A stretch of DNA of 43,654 nucleotides from Phycisphaeraceae bacterium. Its GTDB lineage: Bacteria; Planctomycetota; Phycisphaerae; Phycisphaerales; Zrk34. The notes below the pieces were generated by a model. It saw nothing but the letters and a program-made list of their open reading frames with translations, ran no database searches and was not told the DNA's origin. Of this stretch, positions 24,248 to 33,714 are shown in pieces. Numbering within the stretch: position 1 is the first letter of the stretch; each line of letters begins with the position of its first letter. Location of the stretch: positions 1 through 43,654 of the forward strand of contig JBBDRF010000033.1 in assembly GCA_040905565.1 (NCBI GenBank), read 5' to 3'. Made by a program: the position numbers and the translations under genes.

Positions 24248-26506
24248 TTACCCAGCCGCCTCAATATAAGTGCTGCGCACCGGGCGAACCTCGATGGGGC
24301 CGTTGATGCCATCGGGTAGCGCTCGCGTCGGGTCATATCGGATGATAATCTTGCCTTCGCCACCCTCCGGAAGCTCCGCCTCGGCGTCGCCGTCCTCCGA
24401 GCCGAAATAGCCCAGGGTTGTATTGAAAGCTGCCGGACTGCCGCCGTGCGTCAGCGGGCCCTCATCGGGATTGGCCTCATACGTTGTGATCAACGACCCA
24501 TCAATCACGGCCTGCCCACGCACATCGAGCACGCCGGCGACGATCGTCCCGTCGAGTTTGATCAGCTTCGCAGCATTATCCGGATCCACGAACGTACCCA
24601 TATCCACCGAATAGTGCGGCGCCAACAGTGTCGATCGTTGAAACAGTGCCCGGTTCTCGCCCACCGATGGAGCGTCCAGATCGAAGGCCGTCGCCCCGGT
24701 GAACTGCAATTTGTTCCGCACGTGCGAGAACTCTGCTGGAGGCTCCGCCACCACAATTCCCTCAAACGTACTGTTGTGGAATCGGATGTTGTTTGCCTCA
24801 CCCTTCGTGTCGTTGACCAGTTCCCCGTTCACGTCCACCATGACGTGTTCATACAGCAGCGACCCATCCTCAGTCTGCGTACCGGCCACGTTGAAGTAGG
24901 GATCGCTATTTTCGGTATTGGTATCGACGAACGTGACCCCGCGAAACGTGCAATTCACAAACAGCGCATTGGTGCCCTTCGGAATCACAACATTTTCAAA
25001 CACATAGTTCTCGTAGACTGGCCGTTCATAATAATCATACGGATGGGCGGATTCGAACGGCACAGCCTCCCGCGTTCCGCTCCCAGCAGGCGAATAGATC
25101 CCAGCGCCGGCGTCCACCTGCTGCTGAAAGTCGTTTTCCGCCATCGCCCGATACTGATCAACATTGAAATCGCTGGCTTCCAGGCCCGACAGCGATGCAT
25201 CATCCGCTTCGAAGGTCAGTGGAGCCGTATCATCATCCGAGACGATCGGCCCCTGGAAGTAGTCCTGATATTGCCCGCCACCCGCCCCCGCCTGCCAGGC
25301 ATCTTTCGACGCCAAGAGAACCACTTCACCGTCGATCTTCGCATACATATCTTCATTGCCGATGTAAGCCAGATCATCTTTGGCGTTACGCCACACATCG
25401 CCGGGCTCTTTCACGCGAAGGTTTCCCCAGTCGAAGTCGGTCCCCGGTGGATACTTGAACTCATTGATCATCTGCCACAACTGCGGGTTGATCAGTTCTC
25501 CCGATGCGTCGGTAAAGTTCGCCATCGGCACGCCGCCCGCGTCATCGCCGAACCGCATCAGGAACAGGTCATACGCATCAACGTAGCCGTCCCCGCTGAG
25601 ATCGTAGTCAGCTGCGCCCTCAAGGTTCCCCGACTCACGCAGGTCCGCCAGACGGATGCGGTTGTTTCCCGACTGGTCGTTATCCGCAAGATAGTCCGTG
25701 AATGTTGCGAGCCATTCATCCAGCTGATCATCAAGACCGCGGAAGTCATCAAGCATCTGCACTGGGTGGCCGTGTTCATAGTCGGTATGCGTATATCGAC
25801 TGCCGATTGAGCCACGAATCATCACGTTACGGCCTATCATCACGCGGTTGCGAGAGAGAATGGCATAGCGAATTTTCTTATCGATTCGAAAGTCCATCTC
25901 AACGCTGCGTGTATAGTCATCGTCGCGCCCAATCGAGCGGATACGCACCCACACACCTGTGATCGCGTTCGTGGCCGTCACCGCTTCGCCATCGGTCGTG
26001 AACTTATTGTCGCCGCCGCCCACGTTGTATGGCCGCCGCTGGTACATTTTTCTGCCGTAGTCTTCGCCGGCGATAGGATGTCGTTGCAGGACAATTTCGA
26101 AAGTCGGCGGGTTATCCTCCCCGCTCATCGCCACCTTCCCCAACTTCAGCTCTTCGCCGTTGCTCACCTCGTGCGACGTCAGGTAATGCCCATCCTCGCC
26201 GATGTCCGTCAGAATCGCTTCCCGAAGGATAGGCCATATCTCATCGGCCAAGTCCTCGGTGATCACACCGTTCGGTGTCGTGATCGTGTTCGCCACTTCC
26301 GCCAGTTGCCAGTTGAAGAAGCTCATCCCCGTCTCAGCCGCCACCAGCGAGCGGTTCACGTGCTGAAAGCTCTCAGCCGACCGCAGGTTACCCTGCGCCA
26401 CAATCGCCATCGCCGCTGCCAGTGACGAGAAGATCACGAGAAACATCATTGCCAGCACCGCCACGATGCCGCGCTGTCTTGCATAGGTTTTATATTCAGG
26501 GTGCAT
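24248..26506 (-). CDS. Large PilX/GspK-like pilin-family protein (752 aa), possible tip adhesin
   Basis: RQRG|IVAVLAMMFLVIFSSLAAAM lacks E5, as is typical of PilX/GspK, followed by ...SLVAAETG. Long acidic, beta-rich C-terminal region. AGGAG RBS. Confidence 0.7.
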   Translation of the reverse strand: MHPEYKTYARQRGIVAVLAMMFLVIFSSLAAAMAIVAQGNLRSAESFQHVNRSLVAAETGMSFFNWQLAEVANTITTPNGVITEDLADEIWPILREAILTDIGEDGHYLTSHEVSNGEELKLGKVAMSGEDNPPTFEIVLQRHPIAGEDYGRKMYQRRPYNVGGGDNKFTTDGEAVTATNAITGVWVRIRSIGRDDDYTRSVEMDFRIDKKIRYAILSRNRVMIGRNVMIRGSIGSRYTHTDYEHGHPVQMLDDFRGLDDQLDEWLATFTDYLADNDQSGNNRIRLADLRESGNLEGAADYDLSGDGYVDAYDLFLMRFGDDAGGVPMANFTDASGELINPQLWQMINEFKYPPGTDFDWGNLRVKEPGDVWRNAKDDLAYIGNEDMYAKIDGEVVLLASKDAWQAGAGGGQYQDYFQGPIVSDDDTAPLTFEADDASLSGLEASDFNVDQYRAMAENDFQQQVDAGAGIYSPAGSGTREAVPFESAHPYDYYERPVYENYVFENVVIPKGTNALFVNCTFRGVTFVDTNTENSDPYFNVAGTQTEDGSLLYEHVMVDVNGELVNDTKGEANNIRFHNSTFEGIVVAEPPAEFSHVRNKLQFTGATAFDLDAPSVGENRALFQRSTLLAPHYSVDMGTFVDPDNAAKLIKLDGTIVAGVLDVRGQAVIDGSLITTYEANPDEGPLTHGGSPAAFNTTLGYFGSEDGDAEAELPEGGEGKIIIRYDPTRALPDGINGPIEVRPVRSTYIEAAG

Positions 26507-26549
26507 ATGGTTCTCCTGCTCATTTAGTTGAGCGTCGACGCTTGTCGCG

Positions 26550-27191
26550 TTACCTTCCCGGACGCACCCACGTCATCCGCGTGATCTCTCTAGCATTATC
26601 ATCGTTCGGCCCCTGATAGAGCACCCGGCAGGTGATGCGCAGGGCATACCATTCCCCCATCGGTGAGTACGCCAGCGTCCCCGATGAAACATCGATCGAG
26701 TTAGGCAGCACATAGGCGACGCTCACTTCCTGCGTCCACTGCTCCATGCCTTCAATCACGGCCTCGTCCGGCGGCACATGCAGCGCCATCGCATGGATCG
26801 GTGGCGATATCGTCGTTCCCCCACCGTCGCTGCCGGCGAAGTCATCGATGTCGTTGTAGTTGAAGTGCGTTGCTTCGCCCGTCTCGGGTCCGAAGTTCAG
26901 ATTGCCATAGATCGGATCCTTCGCTGGCAGATTCACCATTAACTCGCGAATCTCGTTCGCAAGCATCAGCGCTGCCCCGGTCCGTTGAGCGTGATCGTTC
27001 TGTTGATGGTAAGCCTGCTGCGCCGCAACGATCGCCAACACCCCAACGCCGACGATCACCGTCACGAGCGCCGCTTCAATAAGCGTGAAGCCACGCCGGG
27101 CCCTGGCACCTCCGACGAGCTGGCGATTGGATGACACTGACATGCTTCTCGTCCCATGCTGGCCCACGTCGCGAACGGTGCTGCACTGCAT
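26550..27191 (-). CDS. Prepilin-type protein (PilV/GspI-like minor pilin)
   Basis: RRG|FTLIEAALVTVIVGVGVLAIV. Start overlaps the pilC stop (TGATG); alternative start at 27143. Confidence 0.85.
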   Translation of the reverse strand: MQCSTVRDVGQHGTRSMSVSSNRQLVGGARARRGFTLIEAALVTVIVGVGVLAIVAAQQAYHQQNDHAQRTGAALMLANEIRELMVNLPAKDPIYGNLNFGPETGEATHFNYNDIDDFAGSDGGGTTISPPIHAMALHVPPDEAVIEGMEQWTQEVSVAYVLPNSIDVSSGTLAYSPMGEWYALRITCRVLYQGPNDDNAREITRMTWVRPGR

Positions 27192-28414
27192 CAGCTCACC
27201 AACGAGGAGAGCTTGAAGATCGGCAGAATGATCGCCATCGCAATGAAGCCCACCACCGAGCCCATCAGCACAATCATGATCGGTTCGATAAGGCCCGTCA
27301 CGGTCTTGATCGTCTCACGCAGCTGCTTCGAGTAATAGGCGCTGATCTCATCCAGCACCTCGCCAAGCTTGCCCGATTCCTCACCCGCGCTGACCATCTG
27401 CACCACGCTCTTCGGAAGCAGCGGCGTCTTCACCAGCACAAAGCTGATCTTCTTACCTTGCTTCACCGCGGCATACACGCTCCGCCACATTCTGCGAAAC
27501 ATGCTGTTGCCGGAAATGTCACCCGTGATCGACAGCGTATCCAGCATCGGCACACCGGCGTTAATCAGCTCGCCCATCGTGTGAAGCGACCGGCTGATGT
27601 ACAGCGCACTAAACATTCTTGAAAGCAACGGCATCGTCAACTGGGTGCGGTCCCACCAGTACCGCCCCACTTCTGTTTTGATGAACATTACAAAACCCAC
27701 CACCCCGCCGATCATCACCAGGAACACCAGGTACCAGAACTGCACCATGAAGTCCGACAGATTCATTAGGAACAGCGTTGGCCAGGGCAACGCGGATTCC
27801 TTACCTTCGAACACTGCCGCAAACCGCGGCAGCACGAAGATAAGCAGGAAGATCGTCGTCGATACCGCCATCACCAGGATTACGCCTGGGTAGATCATCG
27901 CGCCGCGCACCATCGCCGCCGTCTCGATCTGCTGGCCGAGGTAGGCTGCGATGCGATCGAGCATCCGCGAAAACGAACCACTCATCTCGCTGGCCCGCAC
28001 CATGTTCACGTAGAGCTTGTTGAAGTGCTTGGGATGCTTCGCCAGCGCGTCTGAGAACTGCTTACCGCCTTCAACGTCGCGCTTGATGCCGGTCAGCAAC
28101 TCGCGGAACTTGACGTTCTCTGTCTGCTCTGCAATGCCGTCGAGCGCCGCCCGGATACTAATGCCCGCACGGATCATCACCGCCAGTTGGCTTGTGAAGT
28201 TAAGAATGTCCTTCTGCGACGGGCCGGAAGTATAGTTGAGGGCTTTGAGCTTGTCGGAGAACGACTTTTTGGCCGCCTCCATCGGCACCAGGCCCATGAC
28301 CTGATGGCCCTGCGCACGCAGCGTCTGCGCCGCTGCCATGGCGTTCTCCGCGGGAAGAACGCCCATGGTGACTTGCCCGTCGCTGGACTGTATCTGGTAT
28401 CGGTAGTGCGGCAT
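27191..28414 (-). CDS. pilC: Type IV pilus inner-membrane platform protein (GspF/PilC family)
   Basis: FTSQLAVMIRAGI, YVNMVRASEMSG, AMIYP, QMVSAGEESGKL, LIEPIMIVLMG..AIILPIF. Confidence 0.93.
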   Translation of the reverse strand: MPHYRYQIQSSDGQVTMGVLPAENAMAAAQTLRAQGHQVMGLVPMEAAKKSFSDKLKALNYTSGPSQKDILNFTSQLAVMIRAGISIRAALDGIAEQTENVKFRELLTGIKRDVEGGKQFSDALAKHPKHFNKLYVNMVRASEMSGSFSRMLDRIAAYLGQQIETAAMVRGAMIYPGVILVMAVSTTIFLLIFVLPRFAAVFEGKESALPWPTLFLMNLSDFMVQFWYLVFLVMIGGVVGFVMFIKTEVGRYWWDRTQLTMPLLSRMFSALYISRSLHTMGELINAGVPMLDTLSITGDISGNSMFRRMWRSVYAAVKQGKKISFVLVKTPLLPKSVVQMVSAGEESGKLGEVLDEISAYYSKQLRETIKTVTGLIEPIMIVLMGSVVGFIAMAIILPIFKLSSLVS

Positions 28415-28484
28415 CCGTGACTCGACTTCCCTTCGCTCCCGGGCCTGGTGGCGGCAACATGCGTCCGGCTCGACTTAATATTCT

Positions 28485-28512
28485 CTATCGGTCCGCCGAC
28501 GGCGCTACTTCA
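28485..28512 (-). promoter_or_regulatory. Putative sigma28 (FliA/SigD)-type promoter upstream of pilC
   Basis: Minus strand TGAA-N16-ACCGATAG in the 98-bp pilT-pilC gap. Confidence 0.35.
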
Positions 28513-29571
28513 TTAGGCCGCAAGCATGCGTTCTAGCTTCTCGGGATGGACGGCCTGTGCAATCGCGTCCGCACGATTGATCATCCCATTGAAGTACAGG
28601 CTCGCGATGGCGTTATCCATCGTCATCATGCCCGCGCCTCGGCTGGTCTCGATCACGTTAGGAATTTCGAACGTTCGACTTTCCCGGACAAGGTTGCGAA
28701 TCGCCGAACTCGCCAGCATCACCTCAAGGCCGGGCACCATCCCCGGGCGATCGATGCGGCGGAACAGCGTCTGGCTGATTACCGCCTGCAACGTGTTCGC
28801 CAGCATCGAGCGAATCTGATTCTGCTGTCCGCCGGGGTACATGTCGATGATGCGGTCGACCGTCGAGGCCGCTGAGTTGGTATGCAGTGTCGAGAGCACA
28901 AGGTGCCCCGTCTCCGCTGCGGTGATCGCCGCGGCGGTCGTCTCAAGGTCACGCATCTCACCAACCAGAATGATGTCCGGATCCTGACGCAGAATATGCC
29001 GCAGACCCGACGCAAAACTAGGCGTGTCCGCCCCCAGTTCCCGCTGCTCTATCACGCATTTATTTGAGACCATCGCGTACTCAATTGGATCTTCGAGGGT
29101 AATGATGTGACGGTGATAACGTTCGTTCATCGCCTGAATCATTGCCGCCAACGTCGTAGATTTACCCGAACCCGTGTCGCCCGTGACCAGCACCAGGCCA
29201 CGCGGCAGGTACGTCAGCTTGGAGATGACCTCGGGCAGGTTAAGATCCTTCAGCGGCGGAATGTTATCCTTGATCGCTCGCATCGCGATGGCGACCGTAC
29301 CACGCTGAAGGTGAGCGTTTACACGAAAACGGCCCAGGCCGGGCACTTCGTAACTGAAGTCAACGTCCTTATTTTCTTCGAAACGCTTGGCCTGATCCTC
29401 CGTCGCCATGTGCTTGAAGATCCGGCTCACACCCTCGGGCGTGATGATCGGATAATCCAGCCCCGTCATCTCCGTATGGATGCGGACCAACGGCGGATGG
29501 CCTGACACCACGTGAATATCCGACGCGTCATTGTCGACCGCTGTCTTAAGAATCGTATCGATATCAACCAT
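28513..29571 (-). CDS. pilT: Type IV pilus retraction ATPase
   Basis: ASDIHV, GRFRVN, GDTGSGKSTT, HIITLEDPIE, LRQDPDIILVGEMRD, AAETGHLVLSTLHT, and the PilT-specific AIRNLVRE motif. Confidence 0.95.
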   Translation of the reverse strand: MVDIDTILKTAVDNDASDIHVVSGHPPLVRIHTEMTGLDYPIITPEGVSRIFKHMATEDQAKRFEENKDVDFSYEVPGLGRFRVNAHLQRGTVAIAMRAIKDNIPPLKDLNLPEVISKLTYLPRGLVLVTGDTGSGKSTTLAAMIQAMNERYHRHIITLEDPIEYAMVSNKCVIEQRELGADTPSFASGLRHILRQDPDIILVGEMRDLETTAAAITAAETGHLVLSTLHTNSAASTVDRIIDMYPGGQQNQIRSMLANTLQAVISQTLFRRIDRPGMVPGLEVMLASSAIRNLVRESRTFEIPNVIETSRGAGMMTMDNAIASLYFNGMINRADAIAQAVHPEKLERMLAA

Positions 29572-29611
29572 AACTTAAGTCCTGTAATGCGGGCATAGCT
29601 TGCCCGGTGTG

Positions 29612-31435
29612 TTATATCGTGGCCTGCGTGACGCGGAGCACTTCCTCGACAGTGGTTCGGCCCTCAGCGACTTTCTGGAAACCATCGACGCGAAGCGTCG
29701 TCATGCCCCGCTCGATGCACAGACGTCGAAACTCGGTCACGCTCGGGCGGGCTGTGATGGCATCGCGCACCGCGTCATCGAGCACCAGCATTTCGTACAA
29801 ACCTAATCGGCCGGAATAGCCGGTCTGATGACACTTTTCGCAGCCTTCGCCGGTAAATACTTCCGACGGCGTCAGGCCGTGCATCGCGAGATGCTCGCTC
29901 ATTTCGTCATCGAGCGACACCGGCTTTTTGCAATGTTCACAAATCCGCCGCACCAGCCGCTGCGCCAGCACCGCGTTAACCGCCGCACCAAGCAGGTAAG
30001 GTTCCACGCCGATGTTGATCAGTCGGGTGATCGAGGACGGCGCGTCGTTCGTGTGCAATGTCGATAGCACAAGGTGACCGGTCAGCGCCGCCTGCACCGC
30101 GATGCGCGACGTATCTTCGTCACGAATCTCACCGACCATCACCACGTCCGGATCCTGGCGAAGCAGTGATCGCAGGGCCGCAGCGAAACTCATGCCGATG
30201 CGTTCATAAGTCTGCACCTGATTGATGCCGTCGAGGTGATACTCGATCGGGTCTTCCACGGTGGAGATGTTGAGTCGGTTGCGGTCCATCTGTGACAGAG
30301 ATGCGTATAGGGTCGTCGTCTTACCCGAGCCCGTCGGCCCGGTGACCAGGATGATGCCGTGCGGCTGGGCGATCTGCTTCTCCCACATCAACAGGCTGTC
30401 CTGAGGCATACCCAGGTCATTAAGCGAGACCTGCACGCTCCGCGAATCGAGGATACGCATGACCGCTTTCTCGCCCTGCCCCGTCGGCAAAGTCGAGAGA
30501 CGCAGATCAAGCTTTCGCCCATGCACCACGACGCGAATGCGCCCGTCCTGCGGCAGGCGGCGCTCGGAGATATCCAGGTTCGCCATGATCTTCAGCCGAC
30601 TCACAATGGCGGCGTGCATGGCGTGCGGCGGACTCATCATCTCAAATAGAATGCCGTCGATGCGATACCTAATCCGCAGCTTCTTCTCCTGCGGCTCAAT
30701 ATGAATATCCGAAGCGCCGTTCTTCACGGCGTCATAAACGAGATAGTTCACAAAGCGGATGACCGGACTTTCGCCGGCCTGCTTCTCGAGATCGACATCC
30801 TCGTCCGCTGCCTCGACGACCTCGAGATCGTCTTCCTGAATGTCTTTGATGATGTCGTCGACGGCGACGTCGGCGACCTGTTCCTCGGTGAACGCTTCCA
30901 CCACGGCGCGAACATCTGCCGCCGTCACCAGGACCACTTTGATCGAGCGGTTAAGCTTCCGCCGCACCTCATCAAGCATGAACAGGCGACGCGGATCGGT
31001 CACGCCCACGACCACGCGGGCCCCCGCTTCGCGGATCGCCACGACACCGTTCACTTTGCAGTAGTCCACGCCGAGCCGATGGAGATGCTTCTCGTCGACG
31101 TCTTTGGGGTCGACCCGCTCGAACGGCACGTTCGCCAGCTGAGCGACGATCTGCTGCACCTTCTCTTCGTCGACGCCCATGTCGACCAGCACGTCGGCCA
31201 TGCGCGCCCCGGGCGCCTGCTTGAGCAGATTCCGGGCCTGGGTGACCGCTTCGCGATTGATCACGCCGGCATTGAGTAACTGGTCAGCGACATCGGCCGT
31301 CGCGGCCGCCGGCTCCTCCGGTTGCCAGAGGTCGGCCAGCCCGCCGTTGCCCTCATCGCCGCGCGCAGCCCCCACTTCATCGAGGCTTTCGACGTCGATC
31401 GATTCAAGCCAGTTATTCAGATCCTGCTTACGCAT
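29612..31435 (-). CDS. pilB: Type IV pilus extension ATPase (GspE/PilB family)
   Basis: ASDIHIEP, RLKIMANLDISERRLPQDGR, GPTGSGKTTT, LRQDPDVVMVGEIRD, tetracysteine CEHC..CEKC. Confidence 0.93.
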   Translation of the reverse strand: MRKQDLNNWLESIDVESLDEVGAARGDEGNGGLADLWQPEEPAAATADVADQLLNAGVINREAVTQARNLLKQAPGARMADVLVDMGVDEEKVQQIVAQLANVPFERVDPKDVDEKHLHRLGVDYCKVNGVVAIREAGARVVVGVTDPRRLFMLDEVRRKLNRSIKVVLVTAADVRAVVEAFTEEQVADVAVDDIIKDIQEDDLEVVEAADEDVDLEKQAGESPVIRFVNYLVYDAVKNGASDIHIEPQEKKLRIRYRIDGILFEMMSPPHAMHAAIVSRLKIMANLDISERRLPQDGRIRVVVHGRKLDLRLSTLPTGQGEKAVMRILDSRSVQVSLNDLGMPQDSLLMWEKQIAQPHGIILVTGPTGSGKTTTLYASLSQMDRNRLNISTVEDPIEYHLDGINQVQTYERIGMSFAAALRSLLRQDPDVVMVGEIRDEDTSRIAVQAALTGHLVLSTLHTNDAPSSITRLINIGVEPYLLGAAVNAVLAQRLVRRICEHCKKPVSLDDEMSEHLAMHGLTPSEVFTGEGCEKCHQTGYSGRLGLYEMLVLDDAVRDAITARPSVTEFRRLCIERGMTTLRVDGFQKVAEGRTTVEEVLRVTQATI

Positions 31436-31446
31436 GCTCGCGTTCC

Positions 31447-32199
31447 TCAGCGGTTGATCGCCCGCCCATCCTCAGGTTGCGTCAGTCGAAGCGTGAACGT
31501 CTCACCCTCCGCGGTCATCCGCACACCCTGCGGCCCGATCGAAGTCACTTCAAACGATCCGACCGTCTCGCCCACCCGCACCACCACGTCGTTCACCACC
31601 GCCAACGAAGGGTCGCCCGTGAGCACACTCTGAACCTTCAGCGTCTTGTATTCCTGCTGAATCTTCGCCAGCCGCTCCTTTCGTTCGCGTTCGGCGGAAT
31701 CGACCGTCGCCACCTCGGTCTCACCCGATTCGTCGCCATCCGAGTCAGACCGCGTGATCAACAGCTTGAACGGATTCTTCTGCAGCTCCTTCAGTCCGAC
31801 TTGGTTATGTGTCGGATCATCGGAAAACAGGGCGATCACGTCGTCCGTGTCGCGAAACAGCACGTCCAGCGCATGCCGGGTCGCCAGCGCCGGATCGCCG
31901 TCGTCGTCGCCTCCTGCGAAGCGCGCCAGCGCCGCTTCGATCTTCTGCTCCGCCTCGCCGCTGGGCGCGCTGACCGGATCGCCCGAGCCCGCCATGCGCA
32001 TCCCCCACAGCGCGCCGGCTCCGACCACCACCGCCAGCACCAGCACCAGCATGCCGTTGGATTTAGATTTCGGCGGGGCAAATTCTTCGAACCCGCCACT
32101 GTCGTCGATCATGTCCAGCGTGTTCGGATCCAGGCCGTTACCTTCCTCGCCGGCTTCGGGCTGGTTGAACGGATCTTTGCTTTCCCAGTCGTTATTCAT
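31447..32199 (-). CDS. Bitopic membrane protein at the PilP position, with C-terminal GspB/GspC/PilP-like beta domain
   Basis: One TM segment (MLVLVLAVVVGAGALWG) and C-terminal LKVQSVLTG..AVVNDVVVRVGETVGSFEVTSI..VRM....TFTLRL. Located between pilO and pilB. Confidence 0.6.
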   Translation of the reverse strand: MNNDWESKDPFNQPEAGEEGNGLDPNTLDMIDDSGGFEEFAPPKSKSNGMLVLVLAVVVGAGALWGMRMAGSGDPVSAPSGEAEQKIEAALARFAGGDDDGDPALATRHALDVLFRDTDDVIALFSDDPTHNQVGLKELQKNPFKLLITRSDSDGDESGETEVATVDSAERERKERLAKIQQEYKTLKVQSVLTGDPSLAVVNDVVVRVGETVGSFEVTSIGPQGVRMTAEGETFTLRLTQPEDGRAINR

Positions 32200-32266
32200 C
32201 AGTACCTCGTGGGCATTGGTTTGCGGTCGGCGCGCCTCGATCGGTGATGCACACCGGAGCGTGCGT

Positions 32267-32827
32267 CTAGCGGATGGCGAGTCCGTCGTCGCCGGTGCGT
32301 GGTTCGAAGAAGATGTTCAAGGTGAAGACTGCTTCCATCTGTCCGTCGCCGTCGCGCAATTGCTTGACCAGTTTCATCTCAGGAATCCGCGTGATTCGGC
32401 TCAGGCGTTCCAGGTCGAGCAGGAAGCTGTAGAAGCCATCGAAGTCCCCCACGATCACCATCCGCAGGGGCAGTTCCGAGTAGCGTGTTGATTGCACCGT
32501 CCGGTCCGCGCGAACGCTGGAGGGTTTTAGCCCGTGCCGAGCCGCCAGTTGCCACACGTCCTTAAGAACGACATCGACGTCCTTCTGAGCGGGCAGCTTG
32601 TCCTCGAACATCGCCACCGCCTCAGCGAGCCGATCGATCTCCGCCCCCAGGTCGTCAATCTGTCGTGTCGCCGACTCAAGCTGGTTCAGCTTCTCCTGTT
32701 TGGTCTGAATCTCCGCACGGGCGTGCTCAATCTGTTCGTTCGCCGGCTGGAAAACGAACCACCACGCTGCACCGGGCATCGCCAGCAGCAACAGGACAAA
32801 CAATAGTTCTCGGGTTCCGAATCGCAT
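32267..32827 (-). CDS. pilO: Type IV pilus alignment protein PilO
   Basis: N-terminal TM, coiled coil, KLPAQKDVDVVL, YSELPLRMVIVGDFDGFYSFLLDLERLSRI. AGGAG RBS; position after pilN. Confidence 0.88.
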   Translation of the reverse strand: MRFGTRELLFVLLLLAMPGAAWWFVFQPANEQIEHARAEIQTKQEKLNQLESATRQIDDLGAEIDRLAEAVAMFEDKLPAQKDVDVVLKDVWQLAARHGLKPSSVRADRTVQSTRYSELPLRMVIVGDFDGFYSFLLDLERLSRITRIPEMKLVKQLRDGDGQMEAVFTLNIFFEPRTGDDGLAIR

Positions 32828-32842
32828 GGCAGGCTCCTAAGT

Positions 32843-33670
32843 TCACCGGCCTGGGGTGGGATCTTTCAGGTGATCGACGGCGCCATCGAGCCCGTCGGCG
32901 TAAGGGCTATCCGCATCCTGCTGCTGCTGAAGAATCTGCTGTTCCGTCAGCGTCGGCGTCTTGAGCGGATTGCGGCCGGGCTTACGATCAAGCCGAAGCG
33001 GGTCGATGCGTCGTACGTCAGCGGCCGGGTCCACCGTCATGTCGATACGGAACCGCCGCATCGTGACTTCCTCAACCTCGGTGCGTTCACTGAAGACCAG
33101 GTCCACGTCTTTCACGAGGTGAGAATTGCTAAGCGTCGACATGTACTGTGCGACCTGAACGTCCGTCGGCGCCACGCCCGTCATCGCCAGCGTGACCTCG
33201 TGCCGGGGCACCGTCGCCAACACATCCTCTTCCTCCTCCTCGCCGGCCTTCGCCAGCGCGGACTTCGGCGTGATGCGGCGCGTCACCGACGCCTGCAAAA
33301 GCTTGGATTTCAGCTCCACCTCGAACAGGCTCAAAGTCGGCGGCATGCGATTGATCAGGTCCGCCATCAGGAACGTGCGCGGCACCGGCTCCAGCAACGT
33401 CGACGCCACCTGCGCCTTACGCAGCATCTGCTCACGTCGGCCTTGAAGTTCGTCCAGCTGCTCCAGCCGTTTCGCTGCCTCAGCGAAAGCCGCGTCGACG
33501 TCCGCCGACTGCTGCTTCACCTCCGCACGCTGCGCGGTCGTCACCATGTACGCCGCGCCGATGCCGCTGAGGACAATCACGAAAAGCGACACGCAGATGA
33601 TGTTTGTCCGCTGCTCGATACGCCGCTCGACGTAATCCTCGGGCAGAAAGCTCATGTTGTCTTTGGACAT
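32843..33670 (-). CDS. pilN: Type IV pilus alignment protein PilN
   Basis: Start at ATG 33670 (MSKDNMSFLPEDY, analogue of INLLP; GGGAGG upstream), then TM, coiled coil, LAMTGVAPTDVQVAQYMSTL. The ORF-track extension overlaps pilM and is rejected. Confidence 0.85.
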   Translation of the reverse strand: MSKDNMSFLPEDYVERRIEQRTNIICVSLFVIVLSGIGAAYMVTTAQRAEVKQQSADVDAAFAEAAKRLEQLDELQGRREQMLRKAQVASTLLEPVPRTFLMADLINRMPPTLSLFEVELKSKLLQASVTRRITPKSALAKAGEEEEEDVLATVPRHEVTLAMTGVAPTDVQVAQYMSTLSNSHLVKDVDLVFSERTEVEEVTMRRFRIDMTVDPAADVRRIDPLRLDRKPGRNPLKTPTLTEQQILQQQQDADSPYADGLDGAVDHLKDPTPGR

Positions 33671-33714
33671 CGAAAGTGGCCTCCCAGCAGCGTCAGTCGC
33701 TGCCGTTGGTGTTG

